64,000 nucleotides of DNA, taken from assembly GCA_011109175.1 (NCBI GenBank), contig RDEW01000064.1, forward strand, positions 8,872 through 72,871. Reading direction: 5' to 3'. Below are positions 1 to 13,450 of this stretch, one piece after another (within the stretch, counting starts at the first letter, position 1; the number at the start of each line of letters is the position of its first letter). The translations under genes and the position numbers were made by a program. The DNA comes from Dicyema japonicum. Lineage: Eukaryota > Animalia > Dicyemida. Under the pieces are notes generated by a model that was given only the letters and a program-made list of their open reading frames with translations, was not told the DNA's origin and did not search any database.

Positions 1-302
1 GCCTAGCAAAAACAGTCATTGGTAATTAATCCAAGGAGGGAACGCTAAAGAGAACGTCTGCTTGTGACAACTAAATTGATCCCGCCAATAATACATGGCA
101 GGCATACGTCAACTTCTGAAGAGAGGTGAAAAAATAGGTCCTCTCTCTTCAGTTTTCATAGGTCCTACCGTCACGGATACGTGACTCCTATCGCCGAATA
201 ATCTCCAAAATCGCAATTTAACTATAATATAAAAAATCAAAATTTCAACCTCTTCTATCTAGAAACCAGCCCACGTGGTTCTTTGATTTAACTGGGATGA
301 AT

Positions 303-2240
303 TTACCGGTTACCTAAATAGGCGCCCAAAGCAACGTCCGAAGGAAGAGAAAGACCCAAACCACCGTAGGCTACAGGGAGTGAGGCCTGTAACCATCCGA
401 AATCATCAAAACAAACATTAAGAATGGACCCCATCGTCGACCGGATATCCATATCAATTAACGATAGAAGGTTTTTTTCGGCGTAGCATGGAGATCCCCG
501 TAGAATAAAAAGGAGTTTTGTGAGAAGGAGACAATTCTTCAGCATAAAAAAGGCGACATGACGGTCCAAAAAACTCATCCTGTCGGCATACTGACGTAAA
601 TTAGTCCTCTTGCCTTCCAATAACTCCCTCACCCGGTTTACCAAAATCCCACACCCAAGGAAGTCGAGAGAATCAATGAGTCTCCCTAACCCCTGGGATG
701 ATATTGCAGAGTTTTCTATGAAAAAGGTAGAATGAATCGGAACTCAAATTCAGATTAATTGCTTCACACTTTTCATTGTTAAATTCCAGACCGATTTTTC
801 CACACACACGTCTGATCGATGTCAGGGATCAACTTTGGTAAGAATATCATCGGGACTTCCACCGAGAATACAATCGTCCAGATACCAGACGTTTAGTGGA
901 GTGCAACGGTCCTGGGCAATATGGTCGATAGACAAGGAAAATAGAAGAGGACCGAGTGGGTTCTCCTGTTGAACTCCGGATCCTGACGAAATAATTCCAC
1001 TGCCAAAAACAAGAGGGGATGGATCCGAATACGCGAGATATACAAAGGGATAAATCTGAGGAATCCTCCTCCTACAGGTATCAAGGACGGTGTCCCTTCT
1101 GACTGAATTGAAGGCATTCCGGAGCTCCAATTTGAATAAAACTCTGTCCTCAACATTCAATTCAGCCGATTGTGACGCAAATTCTCTCACTGCGTGGATC
1201 CCAGCTTCACAGCCGCCATTGATTCCGACACCAAGCTGCGAAGGACAAAATTCGGCTGAAATTCGGGAGATAACAAAACGACAAGCCATTTTTGCGGATA
1301 AACGTTGAAATACGTTTCCAATTGCAATGGGGCGAATACCACCATCTTTCTTTCCGAGGCCCGTTAGATTCGCCGAAAAGAGGAGATTCCGACCAAAATC
1401 GGAAACGTTTCCGGAAAGCATGCGAGCTACGAGATCCCGGGTTTGCTCCAAGAGTAGCGATCCAGGCCTGCCGATAGAATGGGACACCAGGTCTGATAGA
1501 TGTTCAGGTTTGAGACCGTCAACTCCTCCACTGCTACTTCTTCGGAAAGAACGAAGAGCGTTGTAAATGGCTGAAGTGGAAATATCATGCATAGATTGTT
1601 CTGGACGAACAGGTTTACAAAAGTCTTCTGGTTCTTGAGGATGTTTCTGTCCCAATATACAGAGTGTCTCCTGAGTGGCTTTCACCGGGTCAGAATCCGT
1701 ACAAACAGTTCGAACTGCAGCAGTAATATCGCCCTCCATTAATTTCCTCCTGACACGAGAGCGAAGCCTCTCAGGAGCCATACTAAACTGTTTGGAATTG
1801 GACTTTGGAAAGTAATCAACTGGGGAAACAAATAAATCTTCAGCCAGGGACTCCCATGAATCCATAAAGGCACTCACGCGTTTCTTCAGGACATGGATAG
1901 AGAGGGTTTTCGAGAAGATGGGGCAGGCTTACGCTCTAACCCTATAGCCAGGACAGGGAAAAAGAAAAGAACCATCCAATCCTTTTTTGAGCCATTGGAC
2001 ACAGCTTTCTCAATGCAAGAAGAAAGGGCAGAAGCAATTGAGATCCGGGAAGCCTTGGGGATCCTGACAGGGATAATCTTCCTTTGTCGCGTGTTTGATA
2101 ATAATACCAGAAAATCCACCGAGACATGGCTTCCAAAAGGTCTGATACAGATGATGATGACACAAAATGATCATGAGGTTCAATTTTAGTGAGTTCCAGA
2201 CGGCAAGACCGGCACGACTACGATGGAAGTGATCGAGCAA
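303..2240 (-). mobile_element. CRE-like (RLE-type) non-LTR retrotransposon, decayed and 3'-truncated
   Basis: ORFs 1886-2119, 822-1877 and 303-644 give RT motifs (KKDGGIRPIAIG, QLGVG..GGCEA, NAFN, GVQQENPLGPLLF, WYLDD) and the AFFMLKNC/LPVAYGGLGL thumb region, with frameshifts. Homologous to the copy at 23-25.7 kb. Confidence 0.85.
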
Positions 2241-2299
2241 AAAAAATGTACGAACGAAAACACTAGTTATAAATACCAGTGGTTGATATTCTACGTGGC

Positions 2300-2510
2300 C
2301 AATCCATTCCGATAAGCTTCTTAGTTGCCTTCTATGGACTGAATCCAGATCGGTTTCACAAACGAATTGTAAAACCTGCTTCTGATGTCAATTCCAAGTT
2401 TTTTGGCTTTTAGCCATCCTTTCCTCAGTTTAGCCATTGCTGCATTTGCCAGTGTTTTTTCCTTTATCCATCTTCCTTTATCANTAAGAAAAAAACATTT
2501 TAGCACTTAA
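2300..2510 (-). mobile_element. RTE-like LINE fragment (RT C-terminal part)
   Basis: AMAKLRKGW...RSRFYNSFVKPI matches the RTE copy at 17794-18657. Confidence 0.6.
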
Positions 2511-2536
2511 ATTGCCCAAGTCATCAACATTGATGA

Positions 2537-3173
2537 CTAATTGTTAGGACGGAAATAATAGGACATATTTTTAGGACATTTTTTAGGACATTTTAAAAAA
2601 AAATAGTACATTAGCATGAAATATTTTTCAATATTGTTTACATTGAAATTTCTATCTTTAGACATCTGTTTTTTCAAAAGGGAGAAAGATTGCTCCTCTG
2701 CAATTGAAGTAGCGGGATATTTTAGAAGGTTGCAAAATGTAATTGGATTTATTAATTTGTTAGTCATTTTAACAACATCCATTAAATCATTATTCTCATA
2801 CCTTTCAATAAAATAATTTTCAATGTCCCCTTTACCGAAATAGAACCGATCTTTTCCAAATCTTAATAACTTTCTTTGATTGAATGCCGTGAGTTTTGTA
2901 ATTTTTCCAAATTAGATTTTAGCATTTATATTTCGCAATTTCGAAAAGTTCATGAAGCAAATTTTCATTCATTATTGATTGCTTCACAATTGCAACTATA
3001 ATCCCATCGTTTTCAAAATTGTTTACTATGTCTTTTATTGTAACGAGATTTCCGGAATAATAAAATGCCGCTTCTAAGAAACTCCCCCATCTTGTGATAA
3101 TTACATCTGGAAGTAATTTAATTTCATCAAACATAGATCCGCGCTTTATTGATTTCGAAAGAGAAATTTTCAT
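2537..3173 (-). mobile_element. hAT-like transposase remnant
   Basis: LPDVIITRWGSFLEAAFYY resembles the TRW motif of hAT-related transposases; broken ORFs. Confidence 0.5.
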
Positions 3174-3389
3174 TTTTCAATTAATTCATTAACTGCGGGA
3201 TATTTTGGAATTGTTTTCATTTTACAATTTTGTAGCAAATGAAAAAAATAAGTAATATGAAAATTTTTATTATTTTCATTATCTTGCCTGACTTCACCAT
3301 ATAAGGAGCCACATCGCTAATAAAGATGTCAAACTTGAAATTTTAAATAAGAATTTATCAAAAACATCTCTAATTGTTTGAATTATAAC

Positions 3390-4660
3390 AGTTGTGGGGG
3401 AGCTATTAGGTAGATTGTCATAGATAGCAGGTAGACACGATAACAGAACGTCCAAGACGGCAAGAGAAGAAAGTGAGTAGCCAGATATATACCTGGGATT
3501 TCCGTTGGGATAATCTTCTTGACAGAGCGCATCTTCTAATTCAAATGTACTGAATTTATTGATGACTTAATAACATCTAAAGTGTCTGGATTACAAATTG
3601 TGATCCCGATGCGTTCCAGTAAAATCCTCATCCTTTCCCGGTGCTTTCACCTCGTGCCCACACAAGCTCGTACTGGGCGGCTGACTGTATTTGCAGGGCC
3701 ATTTTCTCGCATGCCGGAGTTTACTTTCATGAGGGCCTCCAGAGTAGTCGGTCCGGTTCTGTGTCTCCCACAAGTCCACCGCTCGGTAACTCTGAAAGCC
3801 TTCTTTTGTACGTCCTCGATTTCTTAGTTTTCGTCATTGATAATGAAGGTCCCCACGAAGCACACGCGTACGAGAAGCATGGTTCAATGTATTGTTTGTA
3901 GATATTCATCAAGACCGGGTTCTACCGCTCGGTAACTCTGAAAGCCTTCTTTTGTACGTCCTCGATTTCTTAGTTTTCGTCAATGATAATGAAGGTCCCC
4001 ACGAAGCACACGCGTACGAGAAGCATGGTTCAATGTATTGTTTGTAGATATTCATCAAGACCGGGTGGGTACCTGTCTTCCTTATTCCAGATAAACATTT
4101 CAATTGATTTTCTTCTCGCACTTCAGAACAATGTTTGCCACGTGTGGTGACAAACATAAGTGCGTATCCAGTGTCACGCCTAGGATCTCCTGACATTTGC
4201 TGACGGGGATTTCAACGCTGTTCAATTTTAAGATGACAGTCTTCTTCCCCAACCTTTTGTCCGAAGTAAACATAGACGTGACCGACTTCTGGAATTTACC
4301 GTGAGTCGGTTCTTCATTACCCAGGCGTTGAGTCGGTCCAGATTAATTTGTAATCTTTCTGTAGAATTTTGTAATTTAATCTTCCAGGTATAAATTGAAT
4401 AAAGCGTGATAAAGGAGATCCTTAGGGGACACCGTTTGGGAAAAGAAGCGAGACTGATTTCAGTCCTCCGAGGCATACACGTCCCCTCAGTCCACTTAAG
4501 AAATTTGTTATCTAAAGTTTAAGCTTCTCCGGGATCTCCGACATGAAAATTTTCTTTGATAATATTTTTCTCGAAATAGAATCAAAGGCATTGTTAATAT
4601 CAATGGAACATAAGACTGTTTTCAAATGCCTTGGTTTGTTTGAAAAATCATCTATAATGA
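3390..4660 (-). mobile_element. I-group LINE RT fragment with 3' UTR
   Basis: SIDINNAFDSI (~4600), PNGVP*GSPLS (~4420), YKQYIEPCFSYACASW; 3390-3540 recurs at 10643-10790. Confidence 0.7.
3778..4066. repeat. Tandem duplication, 146-bp unit x2
   Basis: accgctcggtaac starts at 3778 and 3924; near-identical units. Confidence 0.9.
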
Positions 4661-4684
4661 AGTTGGTTTTGGTGAGGTAGTGAC

Positions 4685-6391
4685 GTGCCTCGTTTCTTGA
4701 TTAGATCGCAATTGAGGAAAATGTCTAAAAGGCAATGGATACAAAGGGATGCATCTCGTCTAAAAGTCCTTACGTTCAATGCTAGAGGCTTATCTACGAC
4801 CTGGTCGAGGAAGATTCTCTGTGATGACCTGGAGAGATACGACGTTTCTATTGGGTGTCTACAAGAGACGAAAGTTACTTGTAGCCTTGATGAAAACTTT
4901 GGCGAATATCGAATTATATGTCAGCCGAGCGACTCAAAACATTATAAACTTGGATTTGCCATCCACTCAAAGTTGACAAGTGCAGTCCACCGTATATGGA
5001 GTGTGAATGACAGGATCTGTGTTATACAAATCCGGCTAAACGACTTACCTCCTTCGAAGAGCTTTCTGACAATTGTAAATGTTTATGCGCCACACTGCGG
5101 GAGAGTAGCGAAAGATCCGACAGAACTACACGACGTCTATTCAACACTGTTACGGACGTACAACGAATATGAGTCGTTATCACTAATACTCATTGCTGGT
5201 GATTTGAATGCTAAAGTCGGGATGAAGAATAATCTGGATGATGTTTTCTTGGGAGAACATGGACGTGGAATAAGAAATTTACCCGGGACAATACTTGGTC
5301 ACTTTTGTATGGCAAACAACCTTTTCCTATGCAATACTGCATTTACGCATCCTGCCTGCCACAAAACTACGTGGATGGGGAAGCGAAGGAACTCAGAAGG
5401 AAAGCTGGTTCCAATATACAACCAAATCGATTATGTCATATGCCGGGCTAAAGACAAACACCTTCTAGTAAACGCACGTTCATATCAAGGTTCGACGACT
5501 GTCAGCGACCACAAGATGGTTTTTGCGACCTTCACCCTGAAAAAACATGCCATTAAATACAGGAATGCAAATAATCACGAATTTAAGAAAATCAGAGGCG
5601 ACTACGCGACTGAAAGGCTGATTTCTCAACCGGAGACTACTGAGAGATATCAACAATACATTCAGACTAATTTGCAGGACGTATTGGTGGATACCACGCT
5701 AGAAGACGCCTGGAAACGCACAAAGGACACCATCAACGAAGCTGCTGAAGCATGTCTTGGCAAAAGGGAGAATAGTAAAATGCACCTGAAGGCTATTCAT
5801 CCAGATGTTCCCGAGCTTGCGAAAAGTCTAAAAGAAATAAATATGAGAAAATCAAATGCCACTGACACTAATGCGATAAAAGCCCTTCAAGGCGAAAGAC
5901 AACGTGTCAGAAGAAAAATAAAGGGTCTGAACAAGAAGCTTTTCATAGAAGAAATAGCCTCCTGTATAGAAGAAGTAAACAAAGTGAAAGACAACGCACA
6001 GGTGTACGTCGCTGCCCGTTTGCTGCGGCGAACGAACCGAAGTCGACTAACCATAAAAGACGAGAACGGTAAGCTGATACTGAACACCAAAGAACAAACT
6101 GAAGCCATCGCGGCCCACTTTGAGAAGCTTTTCAACATCAAAACCATAGAAATCCACCCATTTGATGGAAGGCCAAGACCCCTTAAGATACCAATCACGG
6201 CCGAGGAAATCAAAACGGCCTGCCGAAAACTCAAGAATAACAGAAGCCCCGGACCAGATGCGATAAACCCAGAACTACTGAAATACGGCCCTGACTTCCT
6301 TTTTGAAAAAATCGCTACACTACTAAATGAAATGTTTTCAACTAACTCAACTCTACCTCTGGGTACGGGACTACTAATCCCCATACAAAAA
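4685..6391 (+). mobile_element. RTE-like LINE, APE endonuclease plus start of RT; ORF open up to the assembly gap
   Basis: TFNARGL, CLQETK, GDLNAKVG, NQIDY and SDHKMV APE motifs, then LKNNRSPGPD at the start of RT; no stop in about 570 codons. Confidence 0.9.
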
Positions 6392-6571
6392 NNNNNNNNN
6401 NNNNNNNNNNNNNNNNNNNNNNNNNNNNNNNNNNNNNNNNNNNNNNNNNNNNNNNNNNNNNNNNNNNNNNNNNNNNNNNNNNNNNNNNNNNNNNNNNNNN
6501 NNNNNNNNNNNNNNNNNNNNNNNNNNNNNNNNNNNNNNNNNNNNNNNNNNNNNNNNNNNNNNNNNNNNNNN
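6392..6571. other. Assembly gap (180 N)
   Basis: Run of n. Confidence 1.
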
Positions 6572-6879
6572 ATAGTTTCAACCATTGACTAAAATTGCTA
6601 AAAAGTTGCAACTTTAAAATGAAAATATATAACTAAAATGAATTATTTTTCACTACATTATTATTTATCTAACTTTTATTAAATTATATTTAATTTCAAT
6701 TTATTGCAATTAGTTGCCCTAATAATCACTTTATTATATTTAATTAAGTTTTCTTGCACGATTCACTTTATTTATTTTTGATTTACCTGAAAGCGCTTTG
6801 AGTATATAAATTATTAATATTTACCTCTAGGCGATTATTCGATAAAATATCAGTAATTTCAGCTGGTTTTTCATAAGGC

Positions 6880-7790
6880 ATCTTAAAACGGTTAAGTCTT
6901 AATGACAGGTTCCATAATCCCTTACCATGCGAACCAAAAATTAATTATAAAAAATACTTATCTTCTACTTTAAAGTGTCATGTTTACTGTAAACATCAAT
7001 TACAGTTAAAATTTATTTGTAGTCTTCATTTGAAGTAATCAAATTTTTGACATCGATTCATATTACAAATGACAGATGATGGTAACCAGTCCAGCACATT
7101 ACAACTATTATTTTAGCAGAAACAATTTTTAACACAAAAATTTAGTGAGATAATTTTTTTCATTCTTGACAAAGTTTTTGAAGTCTCGGTGTCATTGAGG
7201 AGAGTGCTACTCATAGCTCATTATGCACTAACAAACGAGTTCGATATTTAGATTTCATTGCATCTGGTGCAGAAAATCCAGTTTCGCATAAATGAGGTTA
7301 CAAATGTTAACAAAACTTTCATTGCTTTTATCGTCAAAATTTCATATTCCTTACATCGATTCAACCAAAAATGAATTAGCGGTTCTCTCAAATTTTTGTC
7401 TCAATAATGTATCACATAACAATTATATCAATTTTTTCTAATGTTGTCAATACAAATTCATTATCTTCATCAATAAATGGATTCTGCATCCATGAGAACG
7501 TTCGAGATCTTTAAAATAATGAACAAAAAATAGATCTTCTATTATTGTATTTTCCGCGACATATCTGATACGGGCAATTAAATGTGCAGTTATGTCACTT
7601 CCCTCATCAACTTGTATAGCGAATTTATTATTGCGTAGTCGAGAAACCAATCGATCACAAAGATCTTATATGTCTTTACTGGGGGTTTTGTCAGTAAGTC
7701 GAAAATTCATATGTTTTTTTAAATTGTTTAAAACTTATAAAAATATCGATTTTAATCAAAAATATTATATAAATCAAAAGTTATAAAGTC
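6880..7790 (-). mobile_element. hAT (Buster/Charlie-like) transposase remnant
   Basis: KFAIQVDEGSDITAHLIARIRYVAENTIIEDLFF resembles the first catalytic-D region (FALQLDESTD); many stops. Confidence 0.6.
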
Positions 7791-7879
7791 AAAAAAGTCA
7801 AAAATTTGGGTAATGTCAAAAAATCAAAATTTAATTTTTTATGTCAATAAAATAAAAAATTTTTTATCAGCTCACGAAT

Positions 7880-8433
7880 TTTCTAACAACACCTTTTGAT
7901 TGAATCTNCCTTCACGTCTGGAAGATCTATGGTCTGGGACGCAACTTGCATAGACACGTTCTCAAGCACGAACATTTTTAAATCTGTTCAGACACCTGGA
8001 GCAGCTGCTTCGACCGCGGAAAACCTAAAAATTAAGAAATATTCTTGCCTCGGGGATCGCTACCGATTTACTCCTGTTGCGACCGAATCATCGGGAGCCG
8101 TTGGTCCAATGACGGCTGAATTCTTGCAAGAACTCGGAGGATTGCTTGGCAGAAAGAAAAGGGATCAACGAGAAGGGTTATGGCTAAGACAAAAGATCGG
8201 AATAGCCATACTCCGAGGGAACTCGTTCGCAATCCACGCAGCAGGCTTCCTCAACTGACATTTGTTTAATTGTTAAAAAAAATTAATCATGGCAGAAAGA
8301 AAAGGGATCAACGAGAAGGGTTATGGCTAAGACAAAAGATCGGAATAGCCATACTCCGAGGGAACTCGTTCGCAATCCACGCAGCAGGTTTCCTCAACTG
8401 ACATTTGTTTAATTGTTAAAAAAAATTAATCAA
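7880..8433 (+). mobile_element. 3' end (RLE domain) of CRE-like element; last 143 bp tandemly duplicated
   Basis: WDATCID..KIKKY..FTPVATESSGA..WLRQKIGIAILRGN; ggcagaaagaaaagg at 8148 and 8291. Confidence 0.85.
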
Positions 8434-9699
8434 TTGATTCACTAAAAAAAATTAAAAAAAAAAATTAATATAAAATAATAATATTCTTTGTGATGTCTGA
8501 AAAACGTTTGGAATAATTCCCGCATAAATGACTATTGTGAGACTCCCCCAAACGAAACATATATTCTAAGATGTTTGGAGAGGTAAATGTAAACAGACTC
8601 CTTTCCCAAAATAGGGATTCTATTTTCGTTCCTTTCAAATCTTCTTGATTGTTGTGGTTACATTTTGTACTTCTTAATAAAGACATCAGGCAAGACACGT
8701 GTGATATCGTACAATTTTAGGTTATTCTTGATAACGTCAGGTTCTCATCATTTCATTAATTGAGAGGGAAATTATAGACTTATTAGACAAAAGTCTATGA
8801 TTATCGGATTTGAACGTCGTGGGTTCGAACCCGAACGATGAACTTTTCAGGAGGTCAATTTTCGTCATTAAGATCCCACGTAAGGTGACGATTTTTTCTG
8901 ACACGGCACGGTTGCTCAATGTGATCTTCTTACCTTCTCTCTGACCAAGTCTACTAATGATGATTACCATTATGAAAACTCTTCTACCAAGAGTGAAGTG
9001 CGAGGGTGAAGAGACCTCCAGCAGCCTGTAATGGACTATTTGAGGATGGATTTGCCAATCAGATGTTCTCCCTTGGGTTCTTGCTTTTAGTTATAGTAAC
9101 TATGATACTGTCCGGGTTGACAAATTTATCACTTGAAAACATTAACAACAACTAAGTCTTGTTTAGAATGATAGGTCCCTTTTTACCTCAAAAAACAAAA
9201 AAATTTTTTTTAGTCAATAAGGCGATTAAATTTGAAAATAGAAGAGGTCGAAGGATCGGTCCCTTTTTCCCTTTTTTAACTGAAATATTTGTTGAATACA
9301 ATTTTGAAATAATATTTGCATGTTTTATAATTTTTTTCAAATATTTTTTATTTCTTTTTTTTAAATATAAAATTGCACGCTTCCTTTTGATTCTGTTACG
9401 CCTTCTACATTACAGCTGATGAATTAAAAAAATTATGAATAATCTCGTATATGAACAGCATCTTGATGGATTCAATGAAAATCAAAAGCGTACGTTACGC
9501 AGATGTCAGAATTTAAAACTTATAAATGGAAAATTAATTCTTGCACTTAATGGAAATCTCGTACTGTTGTCTGTTCCTTTCAAGAATCCAAAATTAATTC
9601 AATTTTAACCAAAGTACATTCTATCGGACATCCTGGAGTTTCCAAGATGTGCCATTTAATTTGGGGAAAATACATTGGTATCAATCAAAAAGTTATTCG

Positions 9700-9990
9700 C
9701 CATTTCATATCAACTTGTGATTCCTGTACATTTCAACAGTCTAAAGACTTGTTAAGATTTTCAAATGATTACCGTTTCACATAAATTCGAAAGATTCATG
9801 GCGGATTATATAGATCTTCGGAGATATTTTTCCTATAATAAAGAATATAAATGGATTCTCAATTTAATTGATTGTTACTCAAAATTTGCTGGTCATTTTT
9901 TTAATTAGTAAAACTTCACAAAATATAAGAAATTTTTTTGGACATGTTTTACACAGTTGGACCACCTGAAACCCTACACACGGATAATGG
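9700..9990 (+). mobile_element. Retroviral-type integrase core remnant (Ginger2/Tdd-like)
   Basis: RFMADYIDLRRY..YKWILNLIDCYSKFA..GPPETLHTDNGKE; no intron after the conserved W, unlike the 34.8 kb copy. Confidence 0.65.
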
Positions 9991-10299
9991 AAAAGAGTCC
10001 CGACAGAGATAAATACTTGTAGGAGTGGCTGGAGAGATTTCCTGAGAGGAAGCATCCTGTAGAACCAGTAATGACTCTAAGGGACTCTCAACTGGACACT
10101 TCCTGGTAGCTAGCATCCCTACATTCTAGTGAGGTAGGTGTAACGAATCAAAGATATTCTAAGCATGCTGTCATGAATGTAAACTCATGATATGTGATCT
10201 TGATCTTCGGTCGATGACGAATGTTACACTTCCTGCTCATTTGTCCTTGTTTGCTTTGAGTTGCTGCCTCACTTTGAGATCTTATGTAACCCCTCGACA

Positions 10300-10550
10300 T
10301 CACCATTCAGGAAGGCCATATCTGAAACCCAGACTCTAGGAGGATAAACTGTATCAGAATTCGTATAATTAGGCTTCCTACAAATCTTCCCTCAGAAGCT
10401 GAAGAAAAGCCTTGTGTCAGGACAGCAATAATTTCAGAGTTTTGTCCAACAGTTACCCACTTCATAGCTTCGGAACTTCGTTGGATAATGAGAGTCTCTG
10501 AATCGGCATTGGTTTGCGTCTTGGGCTCGACGTCTGCGAACCTCGCATTA
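10300..10550 (+). mobile_element. CRE-like fragment (region upstream of RLE)
   Basis: GTSLDNESL*IGIGLRLGLDVCEP resembles GTLLDDDCIRIGIAQRLGADVC of the 23.5 kb copy. Confidence 0.5.
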
Positions 10551-10642
10551 CAATATCATCGACATAAATGAAATGTACCGGTATTCGAGTTTACCTGTAT
10601 AATTGGTAGATGTAGGTTGATTAAGGTTGTAAGGAGAACTGA

Positions 10643-10790
10643 GTTGTGGGGGAGCTATTAGGTAGAATGTCATAGATAGACACGATAACAGAACGTCCAA
10701 GACGGCAAGAGAAAAAAGTGAGTAGCCAGATCTATACCTGGAATTTCCGACGGATGATCTTGCTCAGAGCGCATCTATATGTCCTGACAA
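10643..10790 (-). repeat. Second copy of the LINE 3' end seen at 3390-3540
   Basis: Shared gttgtgggggagctattaggtaga...cagagcgcatct, about 150 bp with a few indels. Confidence 0.8.
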
Positions 10791-10994
10791 ACGGTTTGGA
10801 GACATCAGTTAAGATTTGCGATCGTTAAAATCTTCAATAATAATAAATAAAGTCTGGGAAGTTGGATTCTGTAGTGGAAAGAGCGGAACTCATATTGGGG
10901 TTCGGTGAACAGCAGGTCTTGTTAACTTAATACCATCCCTACAAAAACAAAGGCAACAGATTAATTTATAACTCATAAAGAACACATTAACCAA

Positions 10995-11940
10995 TCACAA
11001 ATACACAGTAAAAGAGACCACTCTAGCAGTCATCCCCCCGTTATGAAGAAAGGACATAATTTTGTCGTAAGAAGGCATAGGAATGTCATCTTTTTACTAA
11101 TCAACTTCGGATAACTACAGTCACTACAACCCTCACTCATATTTATCCTCACAATCAGCAATCACCCGACCGTCCTTCATTAACGACACATCCAAGGTAC
11201 GATCTACTACAACCACCCACTACCATTAAGAGTCCTTCGATGGTAAAAGTTCTTCACAGCCACAGCTTCCTCCATTGTAGAGAACACGAGCTCTGCAGTG
11301 TACTTCTCCATCTTAGCCTCACAGACAGCCCCAATGGCTGAGAATATGTGCTACAATAAAAATGAGGGTTACATATAGATTCTGGACTGTTATAATGTCA
11401 GGGAGATTCCTCACTATCACCTTTACTCCAAGGAGGGGACTTCTGTACTCACAGTCCTACTTTGAGTCACTCCAATACTTGTCTCTCAGACAGACTGTAC
11501 TGTTGGGAGAAGTCCACGTGGCCATAGGATTTGAGGAGTTGGTCGATGTGGCGGTTTATTTTCTGTTTGCTTTGCTCGAAGGAGGTCGTTGTTCCTCCGT
11601 TTTGGATGTTCCTGTGGGAGTTGACGGATACACATAAATTTTTAGGAGGAGACTCCATTGAAATAACGGTGACTGGACGATCCATCTGGATGTTGTCGAT
11701 TGAGACTTTTTTTGGTGGTGGCTGAGCTGTGAACTTGGTCTTCTGTTTGTTTCTCACAACGAATGTATTTTTGGTAGTGGAAGTTAACGAAGGCACTGAT
11801 TTCAGTTTGAATGTGATTTGGGATGATCCATTATCTTTACGTTTCGTCACAGCGGGATTTGCTGTCGTTATTCTACTACGGGCGTCACCCTTGATGGGCT
11901 CAGTTGGTTTACTTCTTTCTATTAAACAACGAGCATCCAT
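10995..11940 (-). CDS. RRM-domain protein resembling POLDIP3/SKAR or ALYREF; four micro-introns
   Basis: ATG at 11940. GT-AG introns 11478-11457 (22 nt), 11372-11351 (22), 11223-11204 (20), 11136-11115 (22) splice to KVIVRNLPDIITVQNLYHIFSAIGAV..TAELVFSTMEEAVAVKNFYHRRTLNDRTLDVSL. The likely last segment (..VVSFTVYL*) needs one extra A in an A5 run near 11090. Confidence 0.75.
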
Positions 11941-12139
11941 TTGTATCACCAACAACGATAACAAATTGATTTAAAATCGTTTATAATTAATTTAAAAATT
12001 ATCTATTAATAATAATATAATGTTTGTTTTATATCAATTTATATTGAGCCTTTTGCTGTATTTTATGTACCACAGATTTTTTTAATATCTCGTGACGCCA
12101 TGTGGTGCTACGTGGATAGTTTGCCAAAATTATTTTCTT

Positions 12140-12290
12140 TCCTTCCGATGGCGTCACTGGATCCACCATACTGAAGAGGCGCCCAATGCCTGGCCGGCAA
12201 CAAGAGGATCCAACAATTTTCCCCGGTTACCTGGTGACAAGTTCTGGAATGCTGGAACTAGTCATGATTGAGGAGTTGTTAGTTTGGTTA
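12140..12290 (+). repeat. LINE 3'-region fragment homologous to 29011-29290 (minus)
   Basis: ggcgtcactggatccacc..ggcgcccaatgcctggccggc matches the reverse complement of 29180-29235. Confidence 0.55.
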
Positions 12291-12299
12291 CCCTTGGTC

Positions 12300-12560
12300 T
12301 TTGGAAATAATTTTAATTTTAACAGACCCATCAGGACACCATCGTTGGAGACTTTTTGAACACGTCCTGAGGTTGGACCTGATACCCTCACCGATTATCG
12401 CAATGGAAGCTTACTACTCCTCCAATGTAAAACTCTTTCGTGGAAGACCGAGAAGAACCCTCCCATTCGTTTACAAAACGATCTGAAAGCCGTGAAGAAA
12501 ACATTGGCATCTGGTGACGATCTGGACTCACTGGGGGACCAAGAACAGAAGAGCCTAGAG
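12300..12560 (+). mobile_element. RTE-like C-terminal fragment
   Basis: RWRLFEHVLRLD..FRGRPRRTLP matches the 18.4 kb RTE copy. Confidence 0.65.
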
Positions 12561-12569
12561 CAAGCTTAC

Positions 12570-13450
12570 TATTTCTCTAATATTTTTTGCTGTACATGCG
12601 GGGCTAAAAATATTATGGCACTCGTGAAAGTGCTAATAATAATAGACCCATCAGTTTGGTGATCAAAAAGCACGTTGGCGTCTATTCGGGCATATTCTGA
12701 GACTACATCTACAATTCCCCAAAAGCTGCGCAATGGAATCCTATTACACCATGAGCGGAAGAACAGCATTCCATACCGGCCACGAACATGTTATCGCCTA
12801 AAATCTACAGCGTGTAAAAAACAGCTAAAATCTTGTATATTGCATGCAACTGATGATGGTGGAAAAACTTATGGAAAAAACAGTATTGCATGCAACTGAT
12901 AATAGTGGAAGAACCTATGGAAAAGACACTTCCCTCTGTGGGTTATGTGGTAAATTAATTTGCATATTTTACATTTTTCTTATGATTATAATTCTTTGAC
13001 CTAGAAATTGGAAGAACATGGAAAATCATCTTTCTGAGACCCCATATGAGGTGGTGGATAACAAGAATCTGCGTTAATAATAAATCATATTCTATTGAAT
13101 TTCACTACCAAAAAAAGTAGACGCATTTCTATTCAATAAACAGTCAGTTCGTGTTGATTACAATTTTTAATTACTAACCAGTTACGTTGGGGTTGCGATT
13201 TCTTTAGATATCTACTAAGCTTCATGGTGGATGAAAACCTTTGCCCTCCTTTTCGTGAGCATGGATGAAGTGACAAACTATTGAGCCATTGGAAACCCAA
13301 AGTTCTAAACAAAGTAAATGTCGACTGCACATGCGGGCCGCAATCAGTCCACCCAAAAATTGAAAGAGCATGGACGATCACCTATTGATGTACTCCACTA
13401 ATTTTGTATTATATGCTGTCGCCAAAAAATCCAGTCTTTGATAACCGAAA
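12570..13450 (-). pseudogene. MFS/SLC17-like transporter remnant
   Basis: Mixed-frame LFQFLGGLIAAR and GVIGF..AFWGIV..RID; nucleotide similarity (cattggaaa.ccaaagttct) to 20.5 kb. Confidence 0.35.

Noticed and set aside
8790-8840. tRNA-like B box (gggttcgaaccc)
   Set aside because: No cloverleaf or A box; it lies in a region sharing coding-like similarity with 63540-63660.
3390-10790. Shared 150-bp block as an LTR pair
   Set aside because: No TG..CA ends, PBS/PPT or internal gag-pol; it follows a LINE RT and is better read as a 3' UTR.
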